A DNA stretch of 64,000 bases from Rhynchobatus australiae (GCA_034780895.1 JAUZTB010000080.1:10605010-10669009), one strand, 5' to 3'; positions 1 to 13,101 are shown, counted from the first letter of the stretch. The notes: generated by a model from the sequence alone, not told the origin. A program made the numbers and translations.

Positions 1-1128
1 CAGATGCTGTTCTGTTCCCTTTACCCCAGTTTTTTGCTTTGTTGGGGTCTTGTGTCTCAGAGTCCCAGGATCCACCATTATTATCCCATGATTCAGTTCT
101 TGATCTGTTCACCAGTAATTGTTTCATACCAGAGCCATTTTTTGCTGCATCATCGCCACTGCGTCCATTATTGCCATCAGCTCCTGTACCATTTTGTCCA
201 GAAATGGAATCAGTTCCAGAAGACCCCCAAACTGTATTCCAAGTACCCCCAGTTGCCCGTCCCTCCATAGTTCCTCTAATACTGCCTTCAGATGAGGCTT
301 CAGTGCTCACAGATTGATTCAAAACCAAGGGGTTTCCCAAACTCATTCCTAAGGGCATGTTCCAGGTCCCATTCCCTGTTGTTTCAGACACTCCCTTATT
401 TTGCAAAGGGTTCCCAGTGCTCTGTGAGCTTGCATTCAAAGAGTTAGTGTCGCCATTATTTGGTCCATCAGTGTTAAGAGCTTGAGGCTGTTCTCCAACA
501 GAAGCATTCCATGTAACACCCGCATTCTCCGTTTTAGACTGTTTTGCCCAGGCGCTTGTAGAAGTACCATCCTGATCCCTAGGGCTTTGACCTACTGCAC
601 TAAGTTGTGCACTGGAGCTCGAAATGTCCGTCTCCAAAGTCCCTTTTCCAGAAGTGCTCTCCTGGCCCAATACTGGCCAGGCCGATGGGTTGATATTTGG
701 GTTCAAGGTCAACCCAAGGCCAGCTCCATCGGGGCTGCTCAAGTTTTTCCAATTGTTAAGTCCGTCTTTGCTCTCCGAAGAGATGGAAGATGCGTGACTG
801 GGTTTAGGCACAAGGCCCATGTTCCAGGCCCCCAATTTACATTCATTCTTTCCGCTCCCAGCAGCGAACTGATTTGCAGCTCCTTTGCAACTCCTGGCAG
901 CGCCACTTCCAGGTGGCAGGCTCTTCTCAGAGCCAAGGTTTGAGGCACCTTCGTTATCTACGTGTTCCGAAGCCGACTCAGAGTCTCTGCCTGTGATGCA
1001 AGGCCAAGCCTCCATATCAGACCCGTCTACGATTAACTTATCCCAGCCGTGGTTGAGGTCAGTGCTGGATGATCCAGAACCCCAAGGAGAATTTGCATAA
1101 TTTGAACCAGCACCCCCAGGGTTTGTGT
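1..1128 (-). CDS. TNRC6B: TNRC6B large GW/Trp-rich exon (N-terminal Argonaute-binding region), runs off the window start
   Basis: Acceptor tttgtAG at 1129-1130 (minus). Open frame with no stop to position 1: (D)TNPGGAGSNYANSPWGSGSSSTDLNHGWDKLIVDGSDMEAWPCITGRDSESASE...NPNINPSAWPVLGQE...NTDGPNNGDTNSLN...ESWDNNGGSWDS...KNWGKGNR, with 14 Trp in a G/S/N-rich context. Matches recalled TNRC6B motifs (SNYANSxWG, WDKxIVDGSDMExWPCI, NPSAWP). Absent from the ORF track because the stop lies outside the window. Confidence 0.95.
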
Positions 1129-2129
1129 CTACAAAAGAAAATAAAATACGAATAACCACCTCCTGAAATATCTAATGAGAAAGATGTAAATTTATATTTG
1201 AACAGGCTTTTTAAAATTAACATTAAACATAATTGACAGTGACAATATATACTTGCTGGGTAATTAAAAAAGGAGGGAACATAAATAAAATAAACCACCT
1301 ACCAACACACAATCAAAGACACTAGATGAGATTAATCTTTTAGTCTTTGCAAAGAAAAAGCAGAGAAGGAAAAATCCATCTTAAACTTTGTTAACAATGA
1401 GAACTTTTATATCCAAGTTAAATGCCAAAGATTCAAGAAACCCGAAACCATCTTGAAGCATGCTAAACAAAAAAGGAAGTTAATAATCCAGAATAAATCT
1501 TAGTTACCAAGAAATGAACAGCATTAGCTAGAACCATTAAGAGATTGATACCCATTAAATTTCAGCAACTGGCACATGCAGGGCCATGACCAACTGAACT
1601 ATGATCCAACCACAAACATCCAGAATATTGATCCCACGAACAAATCATTGACATGTTGGTGCAACAAACAAGGGGGAAAGATGGGCACAACCACCATAAA
1701 ATTTGATTGACTCCTGCNNNNNNNNNNNNNNNNNNNNNNNNNNNNNNNNNNNNNNNNNNNNNNNNNNNNNNNNNNNNNNNNNNNNNNNNNNNNNNNNNNN
1801 NNNNNNNNNNNNNNNNNGACTCCTGCTATGTCACCCAAGGCCAGGGCATGAACATTTGAACTTGGAGTTATAATCAGTTCATCCAATTGGGCTCTCAAAG
1901 ACTCCAGACTGGATCTGGATGCATTACTTAAATGAGGATAATCTGTGTAAAATGGTGTTTTCCACGTTTCTGTCAAAGTGAATACAGATCTATAAAAACC
2001 CCATTTAACAGAGGTGATAAGTGGGGAGAAAAATACTTAAGTAATTTATTTTTTTTAAATTGCAATTCTCCTAATGGACAAAGTGAAAAAGGACAGTGTC
2101 TTGTTGTGTATTGAACTTAATATACCACA

Positions 2130-2300
2130 TAGTCCCAGGTTGGATCTTTGACTCATGGAAAACTAGCTGATTCCAGCTAAGATTGAGGCAAGACAAAAGG
2201 TGTTACAATAAGCCCCTGTACCTGTGGAATGCAGGAAGAACCAGTAGATACAGTGTTCCAGCAGCCAGACATAACTTGCTGCTCATTTCAATTAGGAGAA
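2130..2300 (+). mobile_element. Ancient tRNA-derived SINE remnant (AmnSINE2/LF-SINE-like)
   Basis: gtcccaggttggatc...tagctgattccagc...ggtgttacaataagcccctg resembles the recalled consensus; highly decayed. Similar pieces at about 45880-46060 and 61140-61380. Confidence 0.35.
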
Positions 2301-3006
2301 GCTGGTTTAGATGGTTCATCCCTTCCCCTTCCTCCAACCCACCTCTTTGATTGCGTCTAACTGGTTACAATCTAATTTCTTTCTCCAGTTTACTATTCAG
2401 TAAATTTTGTTGAAAGGCTGGCACCAAGTTAAATGGCCCAACAATTGTTCATAATAAAGAATTATTTAAAAGAGGAATGGCCATCTGGGGAGATATTAAT
2501 GATTACCTGGTGCTTATGGAACTGAACACTGAGAGCCACCACAGGAGAGGAGAAAACTCACAAAGCAGGTGTGCAGCTAGCTGTAACCACCATCGTGAAG
2601 TGAGCAGTTATAACTTTGGCTTAAATACTTTTCTTCTACAGACAGAAAGTATCAAAGGTTGCCCACATTCATGGTCTGTCCTCCACTGGTAATAAATATC
2701 CTATTTCCATAAATTGATACAAAAGTCAACAATTTTACTAGGTGAGGAAACAGTTCTTGTATATTGTGGATGCGATTGGCACAAAGGGACTATACTCTTC
2801 TTTTACCCCCTTTGTTGCATGACTTGTCTCAGGAATGTATCACTAACAGTCACCTCATGGACATTAGCTAGAATTGAACAGGGTTTTACAGTACTGTTAA
2901 TGCAAAATCAGTTATGGAACAACCTTGAAAAGAAATCCAATATTCACCACTCTCGAGTGCCACTTTTTATAAAACCAAAAGTTGAAAACTAATTGCCCCT
3001 ACTTAC

Positions 3007-3345
3007 CCACTGGTGTACTGCCGTGCTGCAGCGGACCGTTGGGTTGCGTCAATGGTTGTGCAGTGCCAGGGTTTGATCCTGGCAACCCAGGAGGCCCCGC
3101 CCCACCTCCAAGAAGTCCACAGGAAGGTGGAGGGGGCTGACCACGTTTTAGTAACACTTTGTGCTCTTGCTGGCGAAATCGAGGAGGCACCTCACGGGGC
3201 AGATAGCGGGCGGCGTTCTGTGGCTGGCCGTTGGTGGCCACCGCCCTTTTGGCATTGTTACCACCGTTGCCGGCTGGTGTTGGAACACTGCCAACTGAGG
3301 TGGCAGTTGGAGGCTGGCTTAGGCTTGGCTTCGTCGCTTCGGGCA
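3007..3345 (-). CDS. TNRC6B: TNRC6B internal exon (339 nt, phase 1-1)
   Basis: Acceptor ccctAG at 3346-3347 and donor GTAAGT at 3001-3006. Encodes [12 protein letters not shown]...NGGNNAKR...[50 protein letters not shown]..EHKxLLKRGQ is the TNRC6 N-terminal conserved motif; the [15 protein letters not shown] continuation matches TNRC6B. Confidence 0.95.
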
Positions 3346-3624
3346 CTAGGGAAAAAAGATGTTTAGAACAATTAGCCAGTGGAAATTCAGGTATATGAAA
3401 ATACAGAGTGGACATTAAATAATTACTTCAGGATTAGAAAGGAGAAATAAAAATTTAATATTGTGCCAGGTTTAACTAAATATGAAAGGTTGGTCTAACT
3501 AAATGAAGTATTCACTGTTATGAAGGAAATTGACAAGGTGCACCCAATACAAATGCAGACAAAAATTAACTCCGCTGAGTCCACTGGCAATGAAGAAAAC
3601 AAACTTAGATATTATCTTGTCTCA

Positions 3625-3892
3625 AAAAAAGTGTGGGTTCACGTCCCACTCCAGGATTTGAACACACAATCTAGGCTAACGTGTCAACTAAACTTTGAAG
3701 GAGTGACATACAAACAGAAGCACTGGTTTTCAGATACAGTTTTAAAATGAGAATACCCCATGGCACTAATGAAAGAGCAGCACCTCAGTATTACAACAAT
3801 AATTTACACTTCAAAAGTAAATCATTAGCTGTCAAGATTTTGAGGATGTCCTGAGGTCTTTGGAAATACTATATGAATGCGTTTTTCTTTAC
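3625..3892 (+). mobile_element. Deu-domain SINE (SacSINE1/AmnSINE1-like), internally deleted
   Basis: gggttcacgtcccactccagga...aatctaggct...cccatggcacta...ttacaaca...acacttcaaaagta..cattagctgt...gtcctgaggtc...ctatatgaatgc..tttcttt follows the recalled SacSINE1/AmnSINE1 layout. Confidence 0.6.
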
Positions 3893-6121
3893 TGCAACAA
3901 TAATTAGTGAAAACACATCAGATAAATTGACCACTTATTACACTGTGNNNNNNNNNNNNNNNACTGTTTGCAAATTGATGGCTGTATTTACAAAAGTTAC
4001 CAACCTCAAATGAGAGTGTGAAATAAAATGGGATGGTAAATTTTCAAGTTTATCCTCATCAACGATGTGTAATAACTGTCTAAGATAGGCAAGATGTTTG
4101 AGGCTTTGTTGACAGATTAACAAACTTTATTAAACAACTCCAGACCCAAGATGAATTTTTGGTCAGGCACATCACTGCCAATGCACTAATGTTTTTAACA
4201 TCTTTGAGCACTAAATTTATGGCACGTATTAATGCCAGTTAAATTCATTTAGGAAAGGATATAAAATGCTAACAGTAGTTTTTTTTAAAAGCTTAAAGAG
4301 GAAAAGAATTCCAGAAATTGCCAAACAAATGGATAATAACATGAGCCATCTGTACAAAAAATTTATGGATGAGCAGCTAGAAAGATGAAAATGGGATCCA
4401 TCTGAGGACTAAAGGTGTAANNNNNNNNNNAGCAGCACCCACTTAGAGAAAATCTATGACTGATTTTTTCACACCCCTCTACATCCCACAGGATTTCAGA
4501 ATATGCATTTAAATCTGGACTGCTGATATCACCAAAGCATTAAGGCAGAGAAACTATTGAACCTCTCAGTGATAAGGAGCCAATTAACATAAAATAGAAA
4601 AAACTGGAGAAACACAGATCAGTGACGGCCTCTAGAAGCAAAATACCTCCTGCATCTATTTCTGTTGCAGCCTGACATTTCCAAAGATTTCCCGCAATTC
4701 CTTCTGATCTCCAATCTCTTACTTGCAGATTTTAGGTAGAGAATCAGCCACAATCTTACTAAATGGCAAAGCAAGCCCAAAGGATTAAATATCCTACTCC
4801 TGCCACATTCCATTTTCTCCCTCATTACCAAATGTAGCTGATAATCAGCTCCTCAGTCTTTAATTATTACTACCCTTAACCGGCCTCGAGGAGCTCTGCA
4901 ACATCAGCACAAAGATCACTCTTTAGCTAACACCTTTGGCTCTCCCTTTCTGCACAAGTTATTGCTTCTAAACCCGTTGTTCCAGAGGACATCCGAATGG
5001 AGACAGGGACCATTAAATGAGGTTCTGAATGGAAAGAATGGATAGAGAAGGAAAAAATCTAGCATAAAACTGGAAGGGAATTATGAGATTAAAATATTTC
5101 AGTTTGAACCAGAGAAGGGAAAGGTGCAACATGACAATTGCATTAAAAAGGACAGGAAAGAGGAAAGAAACCTTGTACTCCCCTGGTTAACAACACTATA
5201 CATACACATGCCTTGCATAGAGCCACTGGGTTTCAAAATATATAACTCAGATTCACACAGAGAAAAGGTTTACAGAATACAGCTTTAAGGGGAACCACCA
5301 TTTAATAGATACAATTTGCATCAGAGTTGGAATCACAAATAAAAGTCTATCAAAGGTTCCCAACACCCATGAAAGAAAATGCAGAAGTTCTTCAGAAACA
5401 GTGAAGCAAGAGGTTTCCAACTGAAAGGTTTGTAGTATAGACCCCTTCGGATGAAGGATCTTCTGTACATTTCGAGTTATATTTTGGATTTCCAGGAGCC
5501 ACAGCTTTTCATTTCCAAATGGATAATGTACTACATTTACTTACAGGGGATGGGTTACTTCAGTATTGTTGACTACTTGTAAATCACACTGCAAACCACA
5601 CTATAGTTAAGCCCTCTTATCTTGAGCCAGGTAGTTTATCATCCAGAGAGGCAAGCTCCCCTCTGCTGACCATGATGGATTTCAGCTAAGATCGNNNNNN
5701 NNNNNNNNNNNNNNNNNNNNNNNNNNNNNNNNNNNNNNNNNNNNNNNNNNNNNNNNNNNNNNNNNNNNNNNNNNNNNNNNNNNNNNNNNNNNNNNNNNNN
5801 NNNNNNNNNNNNNNNNNNNNNNNNNNNNNNNNNNNNNNNNNNNNNNNNNNNNNNNNNNNNNNNNNNNNNNNNNNNNNNNNNNNNNNNNNNNNNNNNNNNN
5901 NNNNNNNNNNNNNNNNNNNNNNNNNNNNNNNNNNNNNNNNNNNNNNNNNNNNNNNNNNNNNNNNNNNNNNNNNNNNNNNNNNNNNNNNNNNNNNNNNNNN
6001 NNNNNNNAAAGAGAATGAGAAATGCCCACTAAATCCTTTCCAGATAACATGCAACCCTACACACCGAGTACACATAGAGGGCAAAATAAATGTGACTAAC
6101 AGCCACATGGTTTCTGGCTTC

Positions 6122-6480
6122 AAGGCAGCACAGTAGCACAACAGCTAGCTAGTATCACAGCTGCAGGGACCCTGGTTTGATACCAACCTCATGCGCTGTT
6201 TGAGTACGCATGACCTCCTGTGACCAGTGTGGGTTTCTGCTCGGTGCTCCAGTTTCCTTCCACATCCCAAAAATTTTCTGGTAAGTTAACCAGCAACTCT
6301 AAATAACACATTATAGTTAAGTAGCAAAAGAATATTGATGGGCATTTGCGAGGGAGAACAAGTTGCAGGGGGGCAGGGAACTAAAGGGGGATTGGGGCAG
6401 TAGGGGGGCACTATGGATTGCTCTGCTGTGACTCTGCATGGTCTAACAAAGCTGGATACGGGCATTTTATGATGAAGTAG
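6122..6480 (+). mobile_element. V-SINE / HE1-type SINE, old copy
   Basis: tRNA-like head (ggcagcacagtagc...gaccctggtttga) plus V-domain core gtgggtttctgctcggtgctccagtttccttccacatcccaaa. Confidence 0.7.
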
Positions 6481-7990
6481 TATCAAGATATAAAAACATG
6501 TTTCTTCACAAAGCCTTTGCCCACACCACCATGAGACCCAGGAAGTAAAAGGGACACCACTTTCTCCAAAGATTCAAATTTATTACATCAAATACAGAGC
6601 ACAATTCAGGTTTACTGGTCCTTGCAGAGGAACAGAAGTTCTGCGATTTAGTCCATCAGGTCTAATTTGCCATTCTTAGTCATGGCAGCTCTTTTGACCT
6701 ACTTTATCTTTCTTTTCTTATCTTAATACTTTTGCTCTAAGAATTTAATCTTATAATATACATCCTTTAAGTGTGTCAGTATCTACAGCCTTTTCAGACA
6801 GCACACACTACATCAGCATCTCATCTTGCACATTACTTCATCTGGAGTTGTTTTTAACCACATTATCTCAAATGCTATGGTTATATTCCCTTGGACTGGA
6901 CTCCCCCTCCTGAGGGAAAGGAGTGCTTCCTTCCTATCCTGTCAAATTTCATTCAACATCTTTATATTTGTATCATAATAAAATTGTCAGAAAAATGAAA
7001 ATTAGAAATGCAGTTAGAGATTACAAACATTCCCAACTTTTCTTTGAGATGGTGGGCTATCAGCAATGTGTCCAGTTTCCCAGTGCACATTTAAAAAAGC
7101 AGAAAGGGAGTGCCTTCCAAAGTTGAAAAGACTGACACAACCTGTGTATTACTCTCATGGAAATGGCTAAGTGGATAAGGTACTGGAAGCTTTATGTATC
7201 CCAGTTACAGGTGTTTTGGAGAGAATAAGCACTGAGCCATTATAAAGAAAGTTTTTTTTCCCCCCCACAGATCTTAGCAATGTCTTTCACTAGTGGTACA
7301 ATCTTGCCAAACATTACTCACCACTTGGGGGCCCTGAAACTTTCAAGGTATCAAAACCAAAAGGCTTGCCTGCAGGGTCTTGCAGTAATAATAGTGTTGA
7401 AGTAAGATTTTATTTTAAAAAGATACCTCATAGATCCAACCCAGACCAACAGGATACTTAGACTGCAAGTGGACAGCAACCTTTCCAAATGGCTTCACTT
7501 GTGAAGGGTGCAGCCACAGCTTCCACTTATACAGATGCAAGATGATTTGAAACAAGTTTCCCTCATTTTAGCTCAGTGCAGATCTAGTTTTTTTTAAAAA
7601 GTAAAATAATTGTATTTCAGAATGGTTAAAACCAGGTAGCTGGCTGACTCAGACAACAAACAAGTCACAAAAATAAAGCTTTTGAGGTTTAGTGCAGACA
7701 GTTTTCTGACCTTCAGTGAGATTTATATGATTTTAGAATCATACTATTACAGACTATTAATCTACATGAACCAAGGTGGAAAATACAAGGGAAATGGAAA
7801 GGAAAGTCCAAACGACACTAAGTGGGCTTAAATCATGCAGTTAATTCTCAATTTCTTATTCATTCTAATGTGTAGATATTCATGAATGAATTCTTTTTGT
7901 TTGTGTTCATCTGTGTGTGCAGATATACATGGATGTAGATATATTAAGAATAAATCCTTAGAACTCTGCCTTCAAAACAAAGTCTCTCAC

Positions 7991-8012
7991 CTTTGGTTTT
8001 TTGTTCTGTAAC
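7991..8012 (-). CDS. TNRC6B: TNRC6B 22-nt microexon (VTEQKTK/V)
   Basis: Minus strand reads ttttctttttctgtgtttcAG|GTTACAGAACAAAAAACCAAAG|GTgaga, with a CTGAC branch-point-like motif about 30 nt upstream. It bridges the phase-0 end of the 88-nt exon to the phase-1 start of the 339-nt exon, giving ATQKVTEQKTKVPE as in TNRC6B. Confidence 0.92.
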
Positions 8013-8654
8013 CTGAAACACAGAAAAAGAAAAGTGCTGGTCAGTTCAAAGTCATAAATTCACACCATCAGCAAGATCCTGCCTCAAAATCACCAGCAGC
8101 TAACAGGCTCCCAATACTCCTTTTACTATTGAGGCTAAGGTTGTAGGGAACTGACATTTTGCATCCATCTTCGACTAGTCTCTAGGGGATAATGCTGAAC
8201 AGCAAATATAAAAGTCATAAAATACCATATGGTGGCCATCATAATAGTATGCTCCTGAGAGCAGTTACCAGAAATAAAACAGGTTACTAACCCCTGAGTA
8301 ATGACAATTTATTTTCATTGCAGAATTAGAATACATTGTTACCCGTTCAACAGGGCAAAACAATAACTTTAAGTTAGCTGTAGTGGAACAGAACTTTATT
8401 CAATAGAGAGTTCTTTTGACCCTGTTTTAAGGAGTTGACATTCCAACGTTCAGACACAATGTATAATGCCAGACATTGGCAGGGTCAATTCCAATGATGT
8501 CACTGGGTTTGATTAGTGAATTGCTAAACTCGAGGGCCAGTTGCACAACCCTGATTTTTGGCCAGAATGCTCTGACCAGTGCAGAAGAGAAAGGTAGAAG
8601 GGAAAGTGCTACTGCATAAAGCATAAATGTCCACATTAATCCAGTGGAATGTTG

Positions 8655-8755
8655 AATATAGTCTGATGAAAGGTCATCAACCCAAAATGGCTTTTTCAAC
8701 AGATGCTGCCCGATTTGCTGAGGATTTCCAGCATTTTGTTTTTTATTTCCAACAC
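8655..8755 (+). mobile_element. Penelope-derived terminal fragment with decayed hammerhead-like core
   Basis: gtCTGATGAaaggtcatcaacccAAAAt...cagatgctgcccgatttgctgaggatttccagcattttg. Confidence 0.55.
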
Positions 8756-11259
8756 CAAAAGAATTTTGGTTTATGCTGCTGCAGATCTTGATTTCTGTAT
8801 AAATAATTGTGTTTGGAGCTTGATCTGGAACAAAATGGACATTACATTTAATTTCTCCTAAACAGTTCTTTTGCCTCAGGGGTGAAAAAAAGCCATCACC
8901 TTCTCACAACACAGCTCTCTCAATCATTATTAATTCAGCTAAAATGTTCTGTTTAAACACAAAATCACTTGAAGCTGATCACATTAACAAATTATGAAAG
9001 CTTTTGCTTGACTATTCACTTTCCCAAGTGCCCAGATTCTTATGTTCATCAACCCAATAAAACCCACAAGTTTTTGAAAACCTTGCTGTGTTGTGCCCGA
9101 GGCTCTTTCAGCACACTTAATCTTTTAAACTGCATTTATACAAGCAGATCTTGGTTTATAGCTTAACCACATTCAGCTGCTACAACTAAACACCTGTGAA
9201 GAACATTTATGCCTGTTGTCAAAGTCAACCTCAGTAACAAAAACAACTAAAATCAATTGTTCAGCAAAACCAAAACTACACAGGATTAACACTGACATCT
9301 GCAACATTTAACACTGCATGTATTTACACAGCTAGAAGCATCAAGAATGTTTACAAGAGTTAATTTGAAGCTGGTATCACTAAACCCTACTATTTTATGC
9401 ATACCCAAAACAAAAAGGGACATTATCCAAGGAATAGAAAAGATGAAGCATAAATACACAATAATGTCAACAGGGACAAGAGGAAACAATTACGTAGACA
9501 ATTTGGTGGATTTTCAGTAAAGGGATATAGAGTGAGCCTAAAACCAAACATTGCGAATAATGGTCTTTTCAACTGGTTGGTGAGAAGGCACTAACTTAAG
9601 GTAATCATAATAAAAATTAAAAGAATTTACAATGCAGANNNNNNNNNNNNNNNNNNNNNNNNNNNNNNNNNNNNNNNNNNNNNNNNNNNNNNNNNNNNNN
9701 NNNNNNNNNNNNNNNNNNNNNNNNNNNNNNNNNNNNNNNNNNNNNNNNNNNNNNNNNNNNNNNNNNNNNNNNNNNNNNNNNNNNNNNNNNNNNNNNNNNN
9801 NNNNNNNNNNNNNNNNNNNNNNNNNNNNNNNNNNNNNNNNNNNNNNNNNNNNNNNNNNNNNNNNNNNNNNNNNNNNNNNNNNNNNNNNNNNNNNNNNNNN
9901 NNNNNNNNNNNNNNNNNNNNNNNNNGGGGGAAGTTCCAACAGGCTACATGTGGACAAGAATGGTACTCATCAACAAATCCTCAAAGGAAAATAATTTTCT
10001 CTATGTTCATTTGGATGGGAATGGAATGGAAGCCAGAGCTCAAGCTCTTAAACTGTTCAGGAACAGAAAGCCAATATTGTGATATCAAGACCATTTCAGC
10101 ACAACAATGAAATTCCCAAGATAGTTTAAAAAAATACCCAAAGCTCCATAAAAATAAAACATGTTTTGCTTAGCCACTAAGTTTTACATGAATTTCTGCA
10201 TTCATTTTACTGCATGGTCAACCTTTCTGCAGAAGGGGAGGCTTGCTGATGATGCGTGGTGAGCAACTACAACTTACCTTTAGGGCCAAAGAGCTGTAAC
10301 ATAAACTTCAAAACTGCATTCAAATATACAATAATCCAAAGAAAAAAAGTATTTAAGTTTAAGGTTTCTCAAAAGCATCTCAATAAATTATAACTAACCA
10401 AGTTGACAGCTTCTAAATGCTCCATGCTTTGTTCACCTCATTCATCCCATTTAGATCTCTCTTCACATTATAGTCTTTAGTTTCCAAAATGTGTAATTGA
10501 GTGAAATCAATGGGCCATAAATTTAAGTTATAGTCTGTAACAAAATCTGACATAAGATATACAAAATCTCATCAACCAATTCAACATACAGTATACTTGC
10601 TTAAAATTAACATGACAAATCAAATAGGAAAAACACCCAAAAAAATTTAGAAACTCACTGGCGTCAGCCAATAAATGCTGGTTGTAGGAGTTAACTGCTG
10701 GCTTTGAATTATAGGAGACACAGTTTTCTATGGCAGATCATTAAATAGTTAAGACCCAATACCATGTCCCCTGCCCCTTCACATCCAAAAACTTTGGTAG
10801 AGTTCATGATAATGTATAATATTGCATGAATGCCAAAACAGGCTGGTCTTGGTATAGTAGGAAACTTCCATGTTCATCCTAACCCTGATACCTTGTGTTT
10901 GACAACAGTTATCATCAATAGAGTTAGTTTTGTTACGTGAGAGTGGAGAAAGGGAAAAAAGAAAAACTCAAAAACAACAGGGTTTTATTCCACTAAACTT
11001 TCGAAACTAGGGTTTTTCTGACTGGTCAGAGCTATATTTTTTTTTAAAACCAAGGAATATAATGTGAGTATATGTATTGCTAACTGCTGAGGGCTGCTTC
11101 CAAACAGAGGCAAATCCAAATGATTGAAATTTGTATATACTCCCAACTCTCAAGACAATGAAATCTTGGCTTTGTTACAACTTTCCATTCTACCACTAAA
11201 TAGAAAGCCTAATCCCAGCACAGATCACTGCTCTTGTGAAGGCAGAGGAAAAAAAATTA

Positions 11260-11590
11260 CTAGAATGGTCTAGGGATGATTGATTTCAGCTATGCACAGA
11301 CAGAAGCTAGGGTTCTTCCCCTTGGAGCAAAGATCAAAGCAGATTTAGTAGTGCAAGATCATGATGGATTGAGTCAAAAGAGGGAAACTGTTTCCATTAT
11401 CAGGTGGTTGAATGACTACAGGACATGGAATTAAACTGATGGGCAAATGATAGTGGTTTTGATCTGAAATTCAGTGCTTGTAAGGGTGGTGGAAGAGGCA
11501 ATCAGGGCTTTTATAAAGGGAGCTCAATGGGTATTTGTAGGAAAGTAATTTGCAGGTGCACAGGGAAAGAAATGTAGCCACAGGCAAAGG
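11260..11590 (+). mobile_element. CR1 LINE 3' fragment, decayed
   Basis: agggatg..gatttcagctat...agaagctagggttcttccccttggagc...actgtttcca...aggacatggaattaa, a typical CR1 ORF2 C-terminal region. Confidence 0.6.
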
Positions 11591-11849
11591 CTCAATTCTT
11601 TCTGAACTGAAATAATTCAAAGATCTAAATTAGACCAAGCTTAAATGTAAGGTCCCTTTGCCCTCACCCATCCCCATTTTTTCCCCAAATGAAATGCCAA
11701 CACCAAGGTCTGACAGCCGTGTTAAGATGACAGCTATGAAGAAACTGGATGCACTAGCTGCATCTTTCAAAATTCTACGGTTCCCACATACTGGAAAGAG
11801 CAAAAATAACATTTTGTTTAAGAAAGTAGGAGAAAAATAGGCTAGTTAG

Positions 11850-13101
11850 CCCAAATCAGTCAAGGAAATACTAGAATATATTATGATGGAAGTGGACTCT
11901 TGTTAAATAATAACAAGAATGGGCAGAGTCAACATGAATTAATGAAAGGGAAAAATCTGTTGGATTATTTTTTTGAGATTGCAATTAACAGCTGATTAGT
12001 TGATGCAGATGGAGTGTTTGGACTTTCAGAAAACCTTCACCAAGACAAGAGTATATTAAACAAAATTGGAGTTCAAGATTGGGGCAAAATAATGGCACAG
12101 ATCCAGACTGGTTAATGGACAGAATTAAGTTGGAATCAGTGGCAATTTTTAGATCGGGAGACAATGACAGGTGGGATGCTGCATAGATCAGATCTGGGGC
12201 CAGTTGTTCACAATCTACATCAATGATTTGGGGATTAGGGGATCAAACTCGATATACCCCGTTTTGCTGGTCATGAAAAGTTGGGTGGCAGTATAAACTA
12301 TGAGAAGAATGCCAAAGCACATCAGGGAGATACAGCCACATTAAGTGAATGTGACATGGCAAACAGAATATGATATTGGAAAATGCGCAGTCACCTACTT
12401 TGGTAGACAGTCTATTTGTTAAATGATGAGAGGTGGAAAGTGATGTTCAGAGACCTTGGCATCCTTGTACACAAATCACAAAGCTTGGAAGGCAAATAGC
12501 ATGCTAGCCTTTAATGCAAGAGGATACAAGAGCAGTTGTGCTCCAAGTATAGGGGGTGCTGGTGTGACTGCATCCAGAATATTTTGTACAGATCTGGTCT
12601 GCGCATTAGGTATATCCTGATACTTACAATCAAGGAAGTGCAGTCAAGATTTACCAGATTGATTCTAGGAATAGTGGGTTTGTTACACAAGGTGAATTAA
12701 ACAGACCGGGCATTACTCAAGTTTAGAATAGAGAGGTTTAGAATAGAGAGGTGATCTCATTGAACCTCATAGAATTCTTACCAGGATTTCACAGGGTAAA
12801 CACAAAGGTGATGTTTGTCTTGGCTAAGGTGTCTGGAGTCAGGTGTCAGATTCTCAAAGAATCGGTCTTTCAGGATAGATATGAAAAGAAATTCTCCACG
12901 TAGAGACTAATGAAGCTTTGGAATTCTCTATCCAAATGGGCTATGGAAGCTTAGTCACTGAGCAGATACAAGACAAAGGTCAATAAATTTTTAGGTAATA
13001 TGTGATGTGGGAAAAATAGAATGAGTGATTTCTTACTGAATGGCAAATCAGGCTTGAGGGGCTAAATGGCCTGTTCCTGCTTCTATTCCTCAGTTCTTAT
13101 G
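11850..13101 (+). mobile_element. CR1 LINE (RT region to 3' end), decayed
   Basis: Remnants of SQHGFMKG, DFQK.F, G..QGSVLGP.LFTIYINDL, FADDTKLGG and L.Y.VQ.WS motifs, plus a 3' tail ggcttgaggggctaaatggcct..tcctgcttcta. Contains a 15-bp tandem duplication at 12721-12750. Confidence 0.8.

Noticed and set aside
4-1100. Plus-strand ORFs (88, 92, 153, 71 aa) and the 69-aa minus ORF
   Set aside because: Antisense or alternate-frame shadows of the TNRC6B exon.
1709-1826. gactcctgc repeated on both sides of a 100-N gap, resembling a TSD
   Set aside because: Most likely an unmerged contig overlap; the gap content is unknown.
3007-3010. Alternative donor CCA|GTGGGT 4 nt upstream of the main donor
   Set aside because: Weaker than the adjacent consensus G|GTAAGT and frameshifting, with no supporting evidence.
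3346-3415. N-terminal part ([11 protein letters not shown]...) of the 138-aa ORF
   Set aside because: Intronic read-through upstream of the acceptor at 3346-3347; homology starts at VPE.
5682-6141. Long ORFs spanning N runs (also near 9.5, 27.6, 29.7, 36.3, 41.7, 57.5 and 60.4 kb)
   Set aside because: Artefacts of translating gaps.
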